Source of the DNA: Lingula anatina
Taxonomy: Eukaryota > Animalia > Brachiopoda
Direction: 5' to 3'
DNA length: 64,000 bases
Assembly (NCBI GenBank): GCA_051362555.1
Contig: CM120640.1
Coordinates: 51,562,788-51,626,787, forward strand
Of this stretch, positions 1 to 13,900 are shown one piece after another. Under the pieces are notes generated by a model. That model was not told the origin of the DNA. It did not search any database and was given only the letters and a program-made list of their open reading frames with translations. Both the position numbers and the translations under genes were made by a program. Position 1 is the first letter of the stretch; each line of letters opens with the position of its first letter.

Positions 1-3000
1 TTTGGTTTTTCACAGATGGGTGAAGTGATTAAAATATTTGACTTACTGACACAGATTTGGGCCAGTGTAAAGATTTTGAGTACGCCTATTTAGTTTGCGC
101 ACAATAGCCCCACAATAATCAAAACTTATTGAAAGTATCAATTGACATATATAAACAAAGAGGATATACATTTCCAAAACTTGACCAAGAGTCCTAAACA
201 TCAAAGAACGTGTTCGCACATTCACAAATTCAGCTTGTTTGGGCCATTCCAAAGATTGGATGTAAGTGTGATAAATTCACTTTCTTCTTACTTATAGTAT
301 TTTTGCTCAAATTACACAATATGCTTTTTTTCGGATAGATGCTTTGTTTTCAGACGCAAAATACATAGAATTTGTCGGCCTTCCTTGGCTAGGTTATTAG
401 AAATGCGATCTGTGGGAACTGTACACAACATTCACTTGTGGTGGAAATTGGCAATTTAATAAAAATATATTTGAGTTTATATCTTCAATATAATATTAAA
501 CTTTCTTAGTTGTAACTATAATACAAAATAAACACAATTAAAGTCCAACCCAAAATTTGGTCGCAGTAGATTTCCACAACGCTGCATTCCCTTACCTTCT
601 ACATTGTACCAGGGTGGCAGGTGTTATAGGCACGTTTTCCACATTTCCACCCTGTAACTTTTGGCCAGATGGAAGCAATTAAATCGCATTCCCTGTTGTA
701 TTATGAATCCACTGGCTAGTCATCTGGCTTAAACGGCAATGTTGTCATACTAACGTATGGTTAATGAATCCGTTCTGGCAATCAGAGTTAGTAAATTTTG
801 GTGTGTTTTTGTAATAATCGGAGGGTAACCATTTGTGTAGGTCTACGTAGTCCGAAAGCAAGTACAGATTTCAGAATAACTGCAAAAAATCGTTTTGGTC
901 GTAAAATGGAATTAATTATATTTCTCTGTGTCGTTTACAGTGTATTTTTGTGGAATTCTGATCCTGACATGAAGGGTTGTTATCCCTTTAACTAAAAGTG
1001 TAGGTGTAGTTGTTGTTACCACCCATAGCGTGTAGGGGTGTGAGCCTACTGAGCAGTGTCATTTTCTGTTTATCACAGTGTACAATGTACATGTAATAGA
1101 TTTAAATTCTAAAACGAAATCATGCAGACAGGTGGAAAATAATGAGTGGCGCGCCGGTTCAGGTATGATGGAATGTATGTTAATAATTATCTGCGTGTTT
1201 AGATTTCCGACTGTCATTTCTGATATCCGTATACCCACAATATGATGGCTAATTAAGCTACATGTCTTGACCCGTTTCGTGTAAGACCATGTGGCACGTC
1301 ACGAAATCTCAGTTATCCCAGATGTCAGCTTAGATCTACTATATACCTGCTTCGCTTGGAAAGTGAACATTACCGTGGCAGGCCTGTTTTTAAGCGCTTT
1401 GACTGGATTGTTATCTCCGAAACGATGTCAGCATTTCGTAGTTACATGAGGGCTCAGGAAATGTATAACAATGGGAGGCACAAATGAATTGCCAATACAC
1501 CCACTCACACGTGTATTCACAAGGCAATCTTCATCCAGCTTTTACGTCGTAGGCAGCAAATACATGTACATTGCAGTGCGAAATACCTTAAAACGCACTT
1601 GTTTGGGATACTGTATGTGTCCTTTGTTATTAATATTGTTATTGATGTTGTTCGGTAATGTTAGGCAGTAAATGTGATGGAGTAAATGTCGGGAAAACTA
1701 TATTTGAATATTTTAGCATACATATTCTCTTTGAAAGAAGTTTAATCATAAACTGATCATGGTATAAGATACATTCTAACTTTACAAAGATTTGACCATA
1801 AAATTGGTATATGCTTATTTCATTTCCAATATGCCTTTTTTCTTCATGCCCCAGCCATGGATTCGATTCCCTTTGTTTTTCGATACAGCACTATACTGTA
1901 TATTTTTAATCTTGTAAACTGAAGCTTTGACTTTTCAAAAATTTAATTCAAATGACAATTTATAAGAAAAAACACGGTTCTGACGCCGAATTTGCTCATT
2001 GAATATCCCATGTAAACAAACAACCTGCCATTGTATTGCGTATAGATATCTGTTGAAAAGTCAAGTCCACTGCTGACCTTATCTTAATCTAATTCATACA
2101 TGTACATGTAGCTGTTCTTAGATGCTGTCTGCGTTGCCTGTAATAGTGATAGCATGGGCAAGGGATGGTTCCTCACAGTTTAAAGAGGCTATGGTAAGAA
2201 GCCGTTAAAAAGTAGATAAGTGCCATTTTGTAATATGGGTCAAGGGGGTAACAATGAACCATGACTGGATGACAGAGAAAATGTCGGCTTTCGTTTAATC
2301 ATCCACGCAGTTACCATTGCATAGAATCTTTCTTGCTCCTCATAAAATAAACAAATTCTCAAAAATGAACTATTGGGTAGCGTACCTTGGTCCGTCTGGG
2401 TTTTCCGTCTAGTTTTCCGAGATACCCAGATTGGAACTGACAGCACAGTTAGCTAGTGCTCTTTTACTGCTTGAACATAACAACAAGTATTTATTGATAA
2501 ACGCAAAGATTACTAGAGATGCGAGCTGTGCTGTGATCATCTGTAAATTGTATGTCAGTCGTTTTAGTGAGAAGAAATCGATTGTGAAAACGTTCATGGC
2601 GGAACCACCCCCTCTTCACAAAATAGATGGTGGAGCCATAGAAAGCGGATTCATTCTGGTTCGATTAGGTTTTTTTCTTCTTTACATCTTTCTTCGGTCG
2701 ACTGGAAGACTAGAAATTAAATTAGTTCTCACACCTCAGTTATCCCTTGTGAAACAAAAATACTTGTACCGCGCCTGGATAGCGAGAAATTCAATTTGTT
2801 TACATCACAGTTCATATTTCTAAAGCCAAAATACTGTATGTTGATAAAAGACATTCCCACGGGTATACCCACATTTCAAATTAAGCATAACACAATAAAA
2901 GTATTTCTTTTTTAAATAAAATTAGTATACTTTACGTTTTCTATAAAAATTTTGTGTAAATGGAATTAATTTATCCTAGTGAATGTACCAGTAAGACAGA

Positions 3001-4253
3001 TACGCATTTTGATCTAGTGCAAACCGCGAGGCGCTATATGGGGGCCACGAAATGTGACAAGCTGCTCTTTCACGGGATTAATACAGTGAATTAGTATAGT
3101 GAAAATATTGGTATTCCGATCGCTCTTTATGTAGATATAAATACGATGTGTTGCTTTATAAACTAATATCTATACCCAAATACGTATAAAATGTTTGAAA
3201 AGTATAAGACAGCAAGATATTCTGTTAATAAATGTGTTCATAATCGTGGGGTTTATAGAAGTCAACCGGGATGGTGTTTTAAAACATTCGTAGACAATGT
3301 ATAACGTGGGCTTAAATTTTTATGTCTCAGAAATTTAGGAACGATGATACAGTGTCCAAGCTTTGAGAGAACGCAGACAAAAGTTCAGAAAAATAGTTGT
3401 TCAGGACCTTTTTACCTGTATATAGCTCTTCCGTAGGAAAATCGATCCTGGCAACGTTCTACATGTATGTGTTTTCGGGGATACAAAAATAGTGAGTCCA
3501 AAAATACGATACTACTTAACACACCAGGTATAATCATTTAGATCAAAACATTTTGTCCACTTCCATTTCGATGAATTTCAAATAGAAGAGTTGAGAAGTT
3601 CGCGAAGCAGGTAAAGCATAAAAATACGGCATTTTTGTGCCCCGACAGTGTTTGTTAAAATCAAACGGTGTTCAGTTTTCATCACACTTCCTCAAAATTG
3701 TATAAAACATGCTAGAGATTCTACATACATGATATCTATGCATCTATATGTGATATTATCTAACTGTGATAAGAAAAAAGCATGCATAAATTTATAAGAT
3801 TCGTAATGGCGACTCATTCATGTTGCAAGCGCATGCGAACAAAAAAAAAATCAATAAGCATGCCATAATCAGTTGTCAATATCAACACATCTGGTGAACG
3901 TTTTTTACGACAACGAAACAACGAAGGGCTTTAAGATGCCCGACTAGTGCAGAAAATTTAGATTGTGAGCGTTAGTATAAAGGGGGAGCTTCCAGCAGGT
4001 ATATCCTGTTCAAAATAGGATTTATTCCACACATTACACGTTTTTGTGTGGGTTTAGAATGGGTTTACATGGCAAATATGTATCAGCTGAACATTCAGGC
4101 ATTCAATTTTTTTTCTAAGCTACACTGTAGCATACATTTGTACAGTTATTTTCTCATTTCAACCCGTCTTCTTTTTTAGGGCATCACAGCATTCCTTCAA
4201 ACATGTTTTTCAAAATCGAACCACTGTTAAACCAGAGATCTGTTTCCTCATTG

Positions 4254-4256
<3 letters not shown>

Positions 4257-4288
<32 letters not shown>
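4257..4288. repeat. (CA)n microsatellite
   Basis: Read directly from the sequence. Confidence 0.95.
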
Positions 4289-4295
<7 letters not shown>

Positions 4296-5706
4296 TTATA
4301 ATTTTAAAAAAACTAAATTACAATGCGCTGTGTTACCACACGACACAAAACACTAACACAAAATTCTTTTTGGCAACTGTAATAGGCTTTATGATTTCTT
4401 CTGGAAATAAATAGGATGCACTCGCGGTATCGTCTTCGGTGCGTAAAGGTGTGTTGACGGAGAAAGTTATTTTACCCTCTGACGCCCAAATTATATATCC
4501 TGCATATGAACTGCAATCCGTAAGTACACATCAATTGAAACACATTAGACATGATAACCTGTTATTATAGCTCGCTTATAGAGGCGAGGCTTCTAAATTA
4601 TTCAAAGGAGACATGGTCAAACTGTGAAAGCGCGACTAGTCAAATGACATCTGATATTGCGTCCAGGATTAAATACGTGAAGGTGAGCGTCTGAAGAGAT
4701 TATTGTTAACGTTATTTATTAAGTTAACATCGCTATTAAGACTACTGTTAAATGAATACAATATCAGTAGCCGATTCTTATGAAGTTGGTTTGTTGCTCA
4801 TGAGGATTATATTGAAGTGGTCTGCAGCAGGTAAGCACTGACTCTGGGAGCTGTAACTATTAAACATAACAATTATTAGCTGTTCTGCATATGCTGCTTG
4901 TGCAAAGCAACTCCTTGCAAGATCTGGCGGGAGACATGAATTACTTAGTTATTATTTTTGGTTTTTGGTTTTGTATTTTGTTTGCATTTATTGAGAAGGT
5001 ATGTCAGTTGTGAACATATGGATTTTGTTCGAAGACAAGCTGTTTAATTATTGCTCAGGAAGTTTGGTTTTTGAGTTGCGTGTTGCTGGAAAAATGTCGA
5101 AAGCGCAACGCACAGATGTGCTGGCGATAAAGATAATTTATCATAGAAACTTACTACGACCGACCCCTATTTAACATACATGTAACATGGACAGCTAACG
5201 CATTGTGATACCTTTAAAGCTCTGTCCTTAAGATTCAACAAATGTTATTTACATTATCAATCTATGCAAAATGTTAGCTTCCCTAATGTACAATGAAATG
5301 TCCCTTCAATCAAGATACATATGAAGCTGCATAATTCGTTATATGTTTGAAAACATGAAATCCGTACATTTTCGACGCTGTGACTAAAATCACTTGACAT
5401 TACAAATCTCTGCTATTCATTTTTTCGCGCCAGTTAATGTGCTTGTGCAAATTAGCTATACGCTTGCTGATCCAGAATATGTAGAAGGGCAGATTTTTTC
5501 CACTCTCCCCACCCCCCACCCCCTGTATCCACCATAGCTAGACTTTGATCATTGTCAGCTACTAAATTTAGGTAACTACAATCCACTATTGCATTACTTG
5601 CTTTGCTGATTACCTGATTACTTGTTCGCGTTTTAGCTAAGAGCTGTCCTATGACGCTGGCGAAAATAGAGGAGATTTAGTATGACGCGCGTTGGCCTAC
5701 CGAACA

Positions 5707-5990
5707 AAATTGACTACAGTTGTGGTTTTTCAAACACGACTTTAATCTCATACGAGTGTGAATTGTATTGAGGGTTCGTGCACACATTTGACATTCAACG
5801 AAAAACAGAACTGTTAAAATGTCTATTAAAGCCGTTATGATGCTGAAATTGACTACAATTGTGGTTTTTCAAACACGACATTAACCTAATACGAGTGTGT
5901 ATTGTATTGAGGGTTACATATACACACATTTGACATTCAAGGAAAAAAAGGTCTGTTAAAATATGTATTAAAACCGTACTGATGCTGAAA
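5707..5990. repeat. Diverged tandem duplication, 2 x about 140 bp
   Basis: AAATTGACTACA(G/A)TTGTGGTTTTT..CAAACACGAC..TACGAGTGTG..ATTGTATTGAGGGTT..CACACATTTGACATTCAA..GATGCTGAAAT occurs twice. Confidence 0.85.
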
Positions 5991-8900
5991 TCCCGCTTGC
6001 ATCTGGGATTAGGAAATTTGGACCAGTTACCATGCTAACAGAATTTAACACAAAAAGTGTCCCGTTTACGGATAAAAGAGTTTTTTTTCAGTCACAGGTA
6101 TTCCGTTGGTGTCACACCAACATGAAGCTGCAGAAGCCCCAAAATTAAAAACTGAAAAGAAAAAACATGAGGGTTGTTATTCATGCTTACAAATTAGAAT
6201 CCGAGAGCATTGTTGTACCAGCTTTTCATATACCTCCAGTTTTATTATTGAAAGCCATACAGTTCCAGTTGTATGCTCTTGAACAGATGGCCAAATTAGG
6301 ACACTGCACGTTTTGTAAAGCAGTCCATTTAAATATACACTCTTATTTCGATGGCACGGTGTTTAGAGACCATTTTGTTAAATGCAGTTCATTTACTCAG
6401 AGCCGGTTTAATCAATAAAGAACACATCCTCATCGTTACAGGAACTATTTTGACTACTCTTCAAGTGCAGGCATATAATGGAACAGCTGCCACAAATATT
6501 GCCCATGGAATGGCAACATTTTGTTGTATAAATATTTTAAAAACACTATGAGCACCGCCCGTGGAACACCCGGGTGTTCTTCGTTGGAGTTTACACAAAG
6601 AGGCGTGGACGAAATTAGCGATGATATTTGTTTTGTAGGAAATTGCCTTTAAAAAAAGAAACTTGGTCCTAGGAACAGGGTATACACTTGTGATGCACAT
6701 TTAATCAAAAACTAACTGGTATTATTTAATAGTTTTGTAGAGTGCCGGTTTGCAACAACAATAGTGTATATTATACATTGTCAACCGTATTTAAGGAGAA
6801 TAAAAATAGATACAAAAGAAAATAATTGATTGATTTATATTTAAACGCACTGCAGATTAAATCTGTTACCATATCACGTCTCCGATTCCAGGAAATCGAT
6901 CAAGAGGCCCATTAATTCTCATCTAACTTGTTTTTATCGTAGTACACGTTTTTAGACCAAATACGCTGGTAAATTGACAACGTATTCTGTCTTTACTGCA
7001 CCAAATATTTCAAAGTGCATGTTTGAGAAAAATTATTTATACTGTCCAGAATACAGGCATGTATCATTATAAAAGCGACTGAAATAAGTATGATACACGT
7101 GACGGGACATACTGAAATATATATTCATATTGTGGCAATAAAATTATAAATATTTGACGTTGCATTTTTTGAGTCTGTGTCTATATATTGGTGTATTACA
7201 TTGCAATTAACCTTTGTTTTTTCATTTCTTTATATGCCACATTATATGTAGAAATTAAGCCTATGCATGTTATGCATGTGTCAGTTATGTCATAATATGT
7301 GTTACATAGTTTGAACACAAAGTGATGAGGGCGTGATTGATGCCAATTTCCAAGTTCCACAGAGTCAGAGAGTGTCCCTACGTTTAATTTAACGTATATA
7401 GTACCAGAGCACGTTACACTGCAAAGAAAAAACATCACAGTAGGTGACATTACGTTGGTTCTGATCATTGTTCGAAATCATGCCTTTTTGTTGGACCAAA
7501 CCAATGCCAGACTATCATTTGAATGCTGAACAAATGAATTAATTCTTATTGCCTTCGTCGGGGTCGTTTACATCCCCCGGCGGAAGGTCAAAAACAAGGT
7601 AGTAACAATATCCGCCGATCAATGGAAGAGGCTCCTTTCAAAGTCTCCATGCAAGGGTCACAATGCTGAATTTTATGTAGTTATGCAGCGGGTAAAGGGT
7701 TGCAACACCATCATTTGGTTGTAATCAGTTCACATTCACAAATGTAACGATTCTGTAAGAATATTTCTACCAAATATAATCCATATTTTGATAATGGCGC
7801 AGATATTGTCTTACAATCACATGCATTTAACTTTAATACTTGCAATAATAATGATGATCATTTTTCATGAAGACATCACAAAGTGTTACTCTGCATGTGC
7901 GACATAAATGAACCGTCAAGACAGTGGCAAAATAGCACAAGAAAGGATAAACAAATAAAATTATGTTCGAAAAGTTAAATGTTAAAAAAGATAATTGTAT
8001 ATCTTTTAGATGAAAATGTTTGAAAAAAATGGCGGCTTGGCTGTGGAAAGTTTCCTCTTTAAGATTTAGTTTGATTGATCTTGAACCAATTAACAAAAGG
8101 CAAAAAAATCTGTAGCCTTTACTCACAAATAAAGTAAATCCAATCCATTTGTGCAATGTTTATGTTGCGGATTATTCACTTATGTCACTCTGTGTAATGT
8201 TTACATAATCCCGATGTACTTGCAGTAACTTTATATATACAGTGGCAGGGGGATCACCAGGCAATGTCGTTTCTTTAAACCAATAACTCGACTGAAATTG
8301 CATGACATATTTCCCACCTCACTGGCTGTTTTCCCTACAGGCATTCATTAAAACGACACCATTTATATCCTGTTTGCAGAAATCTTCTGAACTAAAGAAA
8401 ATTGAACATCAAACCTTGGCAAAATTTCTTCACTCCAGCTATTCCTGAAATTGCGAAAATTCCGAACTTTCAAATCCGATATCATTACGAGATTTATGCA
8501 AACTAGGGCACTTTGCGTCCACATAATTTTGCACTAATTCTAATACATTATGCTTTTCGTATATGTAATATACAAGGTATATTCAATAATGTGCGAGACT
8601 TATTCATAAAGCAGTATTCTCTTGAAATCTCTGGACGCCAAAAGTTGTAATATGAAACAAATACATCTTTTTTTCAGTCATGCCTGTTGGTCAACCTTAA
8701 TGTACAGAATGTACATGTAATTGTTCACCAACTCAGGCCCCGGATGCGGCATCATACAGTGTCACGGGATTGAATATAAAGTTGTTTATTAGATTCCATC
8801 TTGACATCTCAATAATTGTATAATATAAAAACTATTATGTAGTATCTTGTCACAAAAATCGATTTCTGGTTAGGTTAGTAGTGTTTTTGAGACTGTGGAA

Positions 8901-10838
8901 AATGTTGAACAATCGATGCTAAGTGTTTTGGAACGCCCTACTATAAGATTTTCAGTATGATAGTTATAGCCCATAAGGTCTGGGCGGAAAATACGTCTAG
9001 AAATGGACAGGCTATTTCATTTTTGCGAGTGTAAAATATTGTGATTGTTATAAACCCCAAATTCCCCAAAGTAATTACTATTGGGTCCGTTAACTTCATA
9101 TTCTTTGCCATTATGACATGATTTGAACACTTAGACTGGAACCTCTTTCCTATCAATGAGGTGAGTTGGCCAGCCAATAGCAACAGTCCAATTGAGGCAT
9201 CCTCCCTTGTGACCTTGACCGTTAATATCATAGGAAAGCAAGGAGAGCGCTAGTGAGTATTGGTTTTGTGGTAATTGGCTGGCACCGGTGACTGACCAAA
9301 TCGTTGATATCAATCTGTAGAAAGTTAACGAAATCACGCAATAAAACAAAGGGCATGAACCTTCTTACATGAAATATCGCTAACATTATTAAGATTCTTT
9401 GGGAAGTATCACACAATTATTGAGTTTGGCTAAGGTGTGCAACACAACATATAGCCCGAACGCTAAAGACAATAATTGTTTTCTCATATCATTTAACACC
9501 TGAATGTCCAGGTCCTAGACATCAAACCCCAAAATTAAAGCATAGGTGTCATCCGACATTGTCGTCTAATTGGTAAAACGTGTCCTTTATCTGATTGTGT
9601 AAAAATCAGCCTTTGCGTCGTGGTCAACATTGTTTTGGTTACGCCATCGGTCAATAATGAGTTTTATTAGTCCTTACATTCCCGCATATAAGATTGTATT
9701 CTTACTTATTATACAAAAAACATTTGATTTAACCGTTAGTGTCTCGCCAAAAAATGTGGTTAAAAAATAAACGCTGCAAACGAGAGTACGCATCGATGTA
9801 GTGAACATGTCTTTTAGTACCTGGGCTTTTTTGGTGGTCCGCCATGTATTCAAAGTAAATAAGCAATAACTACATTCCAGAGGACAAATTGATATATTGA
9901 GGACGTTTCCTCGAAGATATACCGTGTAAATACGGTAATTTGGTTGAAAGCGGATGTTTGAAGAACATAAATTCCCTTGAGGGTATCATATTTGTGGTTA
10001 AGTCTGCAAAAGCTTTTTAGATGTCTACCTTGAGTGAATGGTTAATACAAGGAATTTAGTGTGAAACTATATACATAAACATAGATTGGATTTTAAACAA
10101 GGTAAACTGATAAAGTAATAGCCAACAAGATGTTTTATCGGGACCAGACACCTAGAATATGGAATGTCGGGTCACCAACTTTAAAAAGAAAAGGCGTATA
10201 AACCGGAGATGGAACCAATAGCACAAACTTGTCACACAAACTACAGCCAGTTAAAGAAATATCAAGTTTTAACTCTTAAAAGAAATCCGATGAATCCCTT
10301 TGCGCTCTGTCGTGATTTAGATACTTTTATGTCTGAGGAAAAAAAGGACACCAGCTGTTTACTTGGCCCTTTATGTACCACCATAATTCTGGCCACATGT
10401 GTTTTGAAATTGCGTTCACGAACAACGGAGCAATTATCTAAAACCTGCGCCTAGCGCGCTGCAAGGCACTATTGAGAGAAGCAGCTGCTAAGTGAGATCA
10501 TGGTTTTGGCACGCGATATTTTACCAAATACGTGTCAATAGATGTAATCCATAAACCATCCATTGCATAACCCGCTAGAGTTTCATGTTTGACAAGTGCC
10601 TGTAAATGTTAGGCAAGTTCCCTAGAAGGAACCTTCGACTATTTTATGGGGTTCATAGAGAACATAAAAATGAAAACGGTCATGAAATAAAAACCCAAAA
10701 ACACGGCGAGGCAGGTGCCGGTGGGCAGTTGCCATGCTGAAGGATATCACGACCTGTTAAGAACATTAAAGCACAGCAGTATTCAATCAACTTTTATTTT
10801 TACTTTCAGGATTGTTGATTGGTTAGTATGTGTTCGAC

Positions 10839-10914
10839 ATGCGAATCCCCATCCAGACCGCGATGACGGTGCTGCAGCTGGCCGGCATACTTAGCGTCAG
10901 TGGGGCCGATAACG
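10839..10914 (+). CDS. nAChR isoform A signal-peptide exon ([23 protein letters not shown]|DN); the exon begins at 10810 with 5'UTR
   Basis: Strong acceptor ttttatttttactttcAG at 10809, in-frame TAG before the ATG at 10839, hydrophobic core ending in S-G-A, and donor CG|GTAAGT at 10915 in phase 1, matching the phase-1 acceptor at 16804. Too short to appear in the ORF track. Confidence 0.75.
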
Positions 10915-13900
10915 GTAAGTAATTGGCGCCATTTTAAAAAGAAGTAGCCTACAAAATATAACCGTGCGTTTATTGCTTGAAAATAAAGGGACATGTTCCG
11001 TTTGTCTGAACCTCAAATGTTAAACTTGTAAAGGTTAGTTATGTAATATTAATGTCACTGTGATGGCATCCTAGTTCAGAACACGTCTTCTTATACACAT
11101 GTATGTTGACAATTGTGGAATAGTAACAAAAATCAACTTAATTAAGACACAGTGAATAATATAGAAAGGATACCTTGTAGATGACTATAGCAACAAACAT
11201 ACAGAAAAAGTTTAGTATTTTTCCTGATAGATTTAAAATTCAAATCTGTTTAATTCTGCGCACATTTGAATATTTTATCTCTAGAAGTGCAAAGACAATT
11301 TGTGCCATTTTCCAAGAAGTGTAAAACTTGTAAAAAGTAATGGTTACCCCTCCCCCAAAAAATCCAACCGAAACAGTTAAAACAAATCAGGTAGAAAACT
11401 TTGTTCGTTCATGATAGACGTCCCACATTTACCATCTGCAATGCTAACGTATGTAATACACACGCGTGCACGAGGGGCTAACCAACCAGCATCACGTATT
11501 CTGTATAGTACGTCTTTGGACACAATTAAATAAAATATCGATTGGCTGTTTACTTCAAAAATCAAGTTTGAATAGCTGTCCTTATCATGCCCCGCAAGCA
11601 GTCCGGCATCTTACAAAAACAGAAACGAAGACCATTATATATACATCAACACATGCATTTATATATTTTCGTCTTTTTTCATCAAAAACAATTGTGAAAG
11701 CAAAGACTTTATTTTCTGTTGAAGAAACGTTATGTCAATATTAACGTTAGATCCACTGATAAAATCACTCTCTTTTTGTCCTTTATTAGCCACACCTGTG
11801 GAATTCAACGCTAAATAAATTCTAAGTAACTGAGACGGAAAAGTGAACTTAAAAAGAGCTTGACTTCCACACGTGTGGATTCGTGGACCGCATGACTTTT
11901 TCAGATAGCTGTACTTGTGTCGGGGTCAGATGTCACGTAGATTCAAATATCCACTGCCTTAGATACAGTCTTGAGGCAAAATAAAGCGTGTGTGGGGGTA
12001 GCAGGCGTTTGCACGGTTGGAAAGTCAATTACGCGTGTACTGACCCCTTCCTTAACTTAACCTGGGTGGTGGTCGGCCTCCTTTGAAATGGAACGCAGGT
12101 GTCTTCATCTGGTCATAGAAGTAAAGAGAGACAAGAGGTTATCGCCCGTCTGACGCCAATCTTTAGAACTTGACCTCTACTTTGGTCAAAGTATGTTATG
12201 ATCATCAGTCGTTCTGATAGACATGCCCTTTTACTCATACGCAAAACAAGACTGTCATGGTGTAAGAATACCGTTAACAAAGGCCACAGGTTGATTTTGA
12301 CTTGATATCCACATACATGTAACTGGCAAATTCATGGCACATTTCTCCATGCGTTGGAGAAAAGTGCATATAATTAATCTGCAGCCCTGGTAGAGGGTAG
12401 TGTGAGGATGGTCAACAAATATCATGCGAGAAGAATAACGGCGCTGACAACTGGAACTGGCGCATATTTTGAATGTTATAATAACACCTCTTCCTCGCAC
12501 CAACGGAGTCTCTCAGCTGGATTGTTCAAACCGTCAACGGAAGGGTCTGAACTGTCAACACTATCCACGCCTTCCAGTGTGCAATGCTCACAATCAGAAC
12601 CACTACCTGGAAAATACGATTAGCTCTACGTTGTTTAAACAGCGTGTCCTAATCTTTTGACTACCAAGGACGGATGATCACCGATTTGCCTGCAGGTCCA
12701 TTAACACCTCATCTCCGGTCAGAGTTCGCATGGCGGGAAGTTTGCAAACTCAGCGGGAAGCTTAGTTTGTTAACGGCGTACATTGGCTCAGTGTATAAGT
12801 TAGGGAAATGTATACGAATCAAATACTTATGGCTTTGGTAAAATACGTTGATATATTTAGGGATTGCAACACGGACATCGATAACATGATTTATCTCTTT
12901 TTTATAAAGGTGTGTCGACGCTGTACCAGTTGAACCTAGATTTTTATAGTGGCCAATTTTGATAAAGTTCATGGGGGAATCAAACCAATATTAAACTAAC
13001 ATTCGACCTTGAATTGCACAATAAACTAGTTATAAGGGATGTCTGATCGGAGTAATATGGATTTATTAGCGTCCAACAAATGGCCTAACTTAGTCTAGAC
13101 AAAAGCAAAGTATAAATCATAAAATGGCTTAAATTTGTAAATACCACAGGTACTATTCACTCGAAATCCATCGAAATGCCCTTTCATTACCTCCGCCAAG
13201 GAGGTTGTTTTCACCCCTGTTTGTTTGCCTGTCTGTCTTTCTGTCTGTCTGTCATCAATATAACTCAAAAAAGTTATGGACCTATTTTGATGAAATTTTC
13301 AGGAACTGTCAGAAGTGGGCCAAGGAACAGATGATTAGTTTTTGATGGTGATCCGGAACAATAATCAAACAATAATCAATAATCAAAAATATCGAAAATT
13401 TAGGGGTGAAACGGCATTGGACGGAGACTCTGCTGCCTTGGCGGAGGTCTGCTCTCTCTAGGTGCTTTTCTAGTTATCCAAGTCATTATCCTAGTGTAGG
13501 CCTACTAAGGCTACGTCCACATAATTATGTCCTAAATAATGCACTGCGAGTATCGGGCTAGGGGGTGGCAGTGCATCATTTGACATACATACATACAAAG
13601 GAAAATCGCACGTTTCCTAAGATCCCCTAATATAGAATAGAATACGCTGATATCACCGCGCTGCATCACCGCGTATAAGGTGACATCAGCCCACAGCAGG
13701 TAAGTGCACATAAACAATTGCTTCTGTATCGGTACTTCAAAATGCTTTAGTCGTGTGCATCTAGCCAAACTGATGCAATCCCCCTGGTTAAAAGAAGAAT
13801 ACGATATGCTATAAAGAGAAACAAGATGTAAAATAAACCAATAAATAAGTTTGTAAATAGGAGCCGTTTATAAAAATTTATATCAGTAGTTGGTTAAAAC

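Noticed and set aside
43-10500. Numerous 60-130 aa ORFs (e.g. 2431-2823, 7833-8156)
   Set aside because: No recognisable domains or consistent splice structure; expected by chance in AT-rich DNA.
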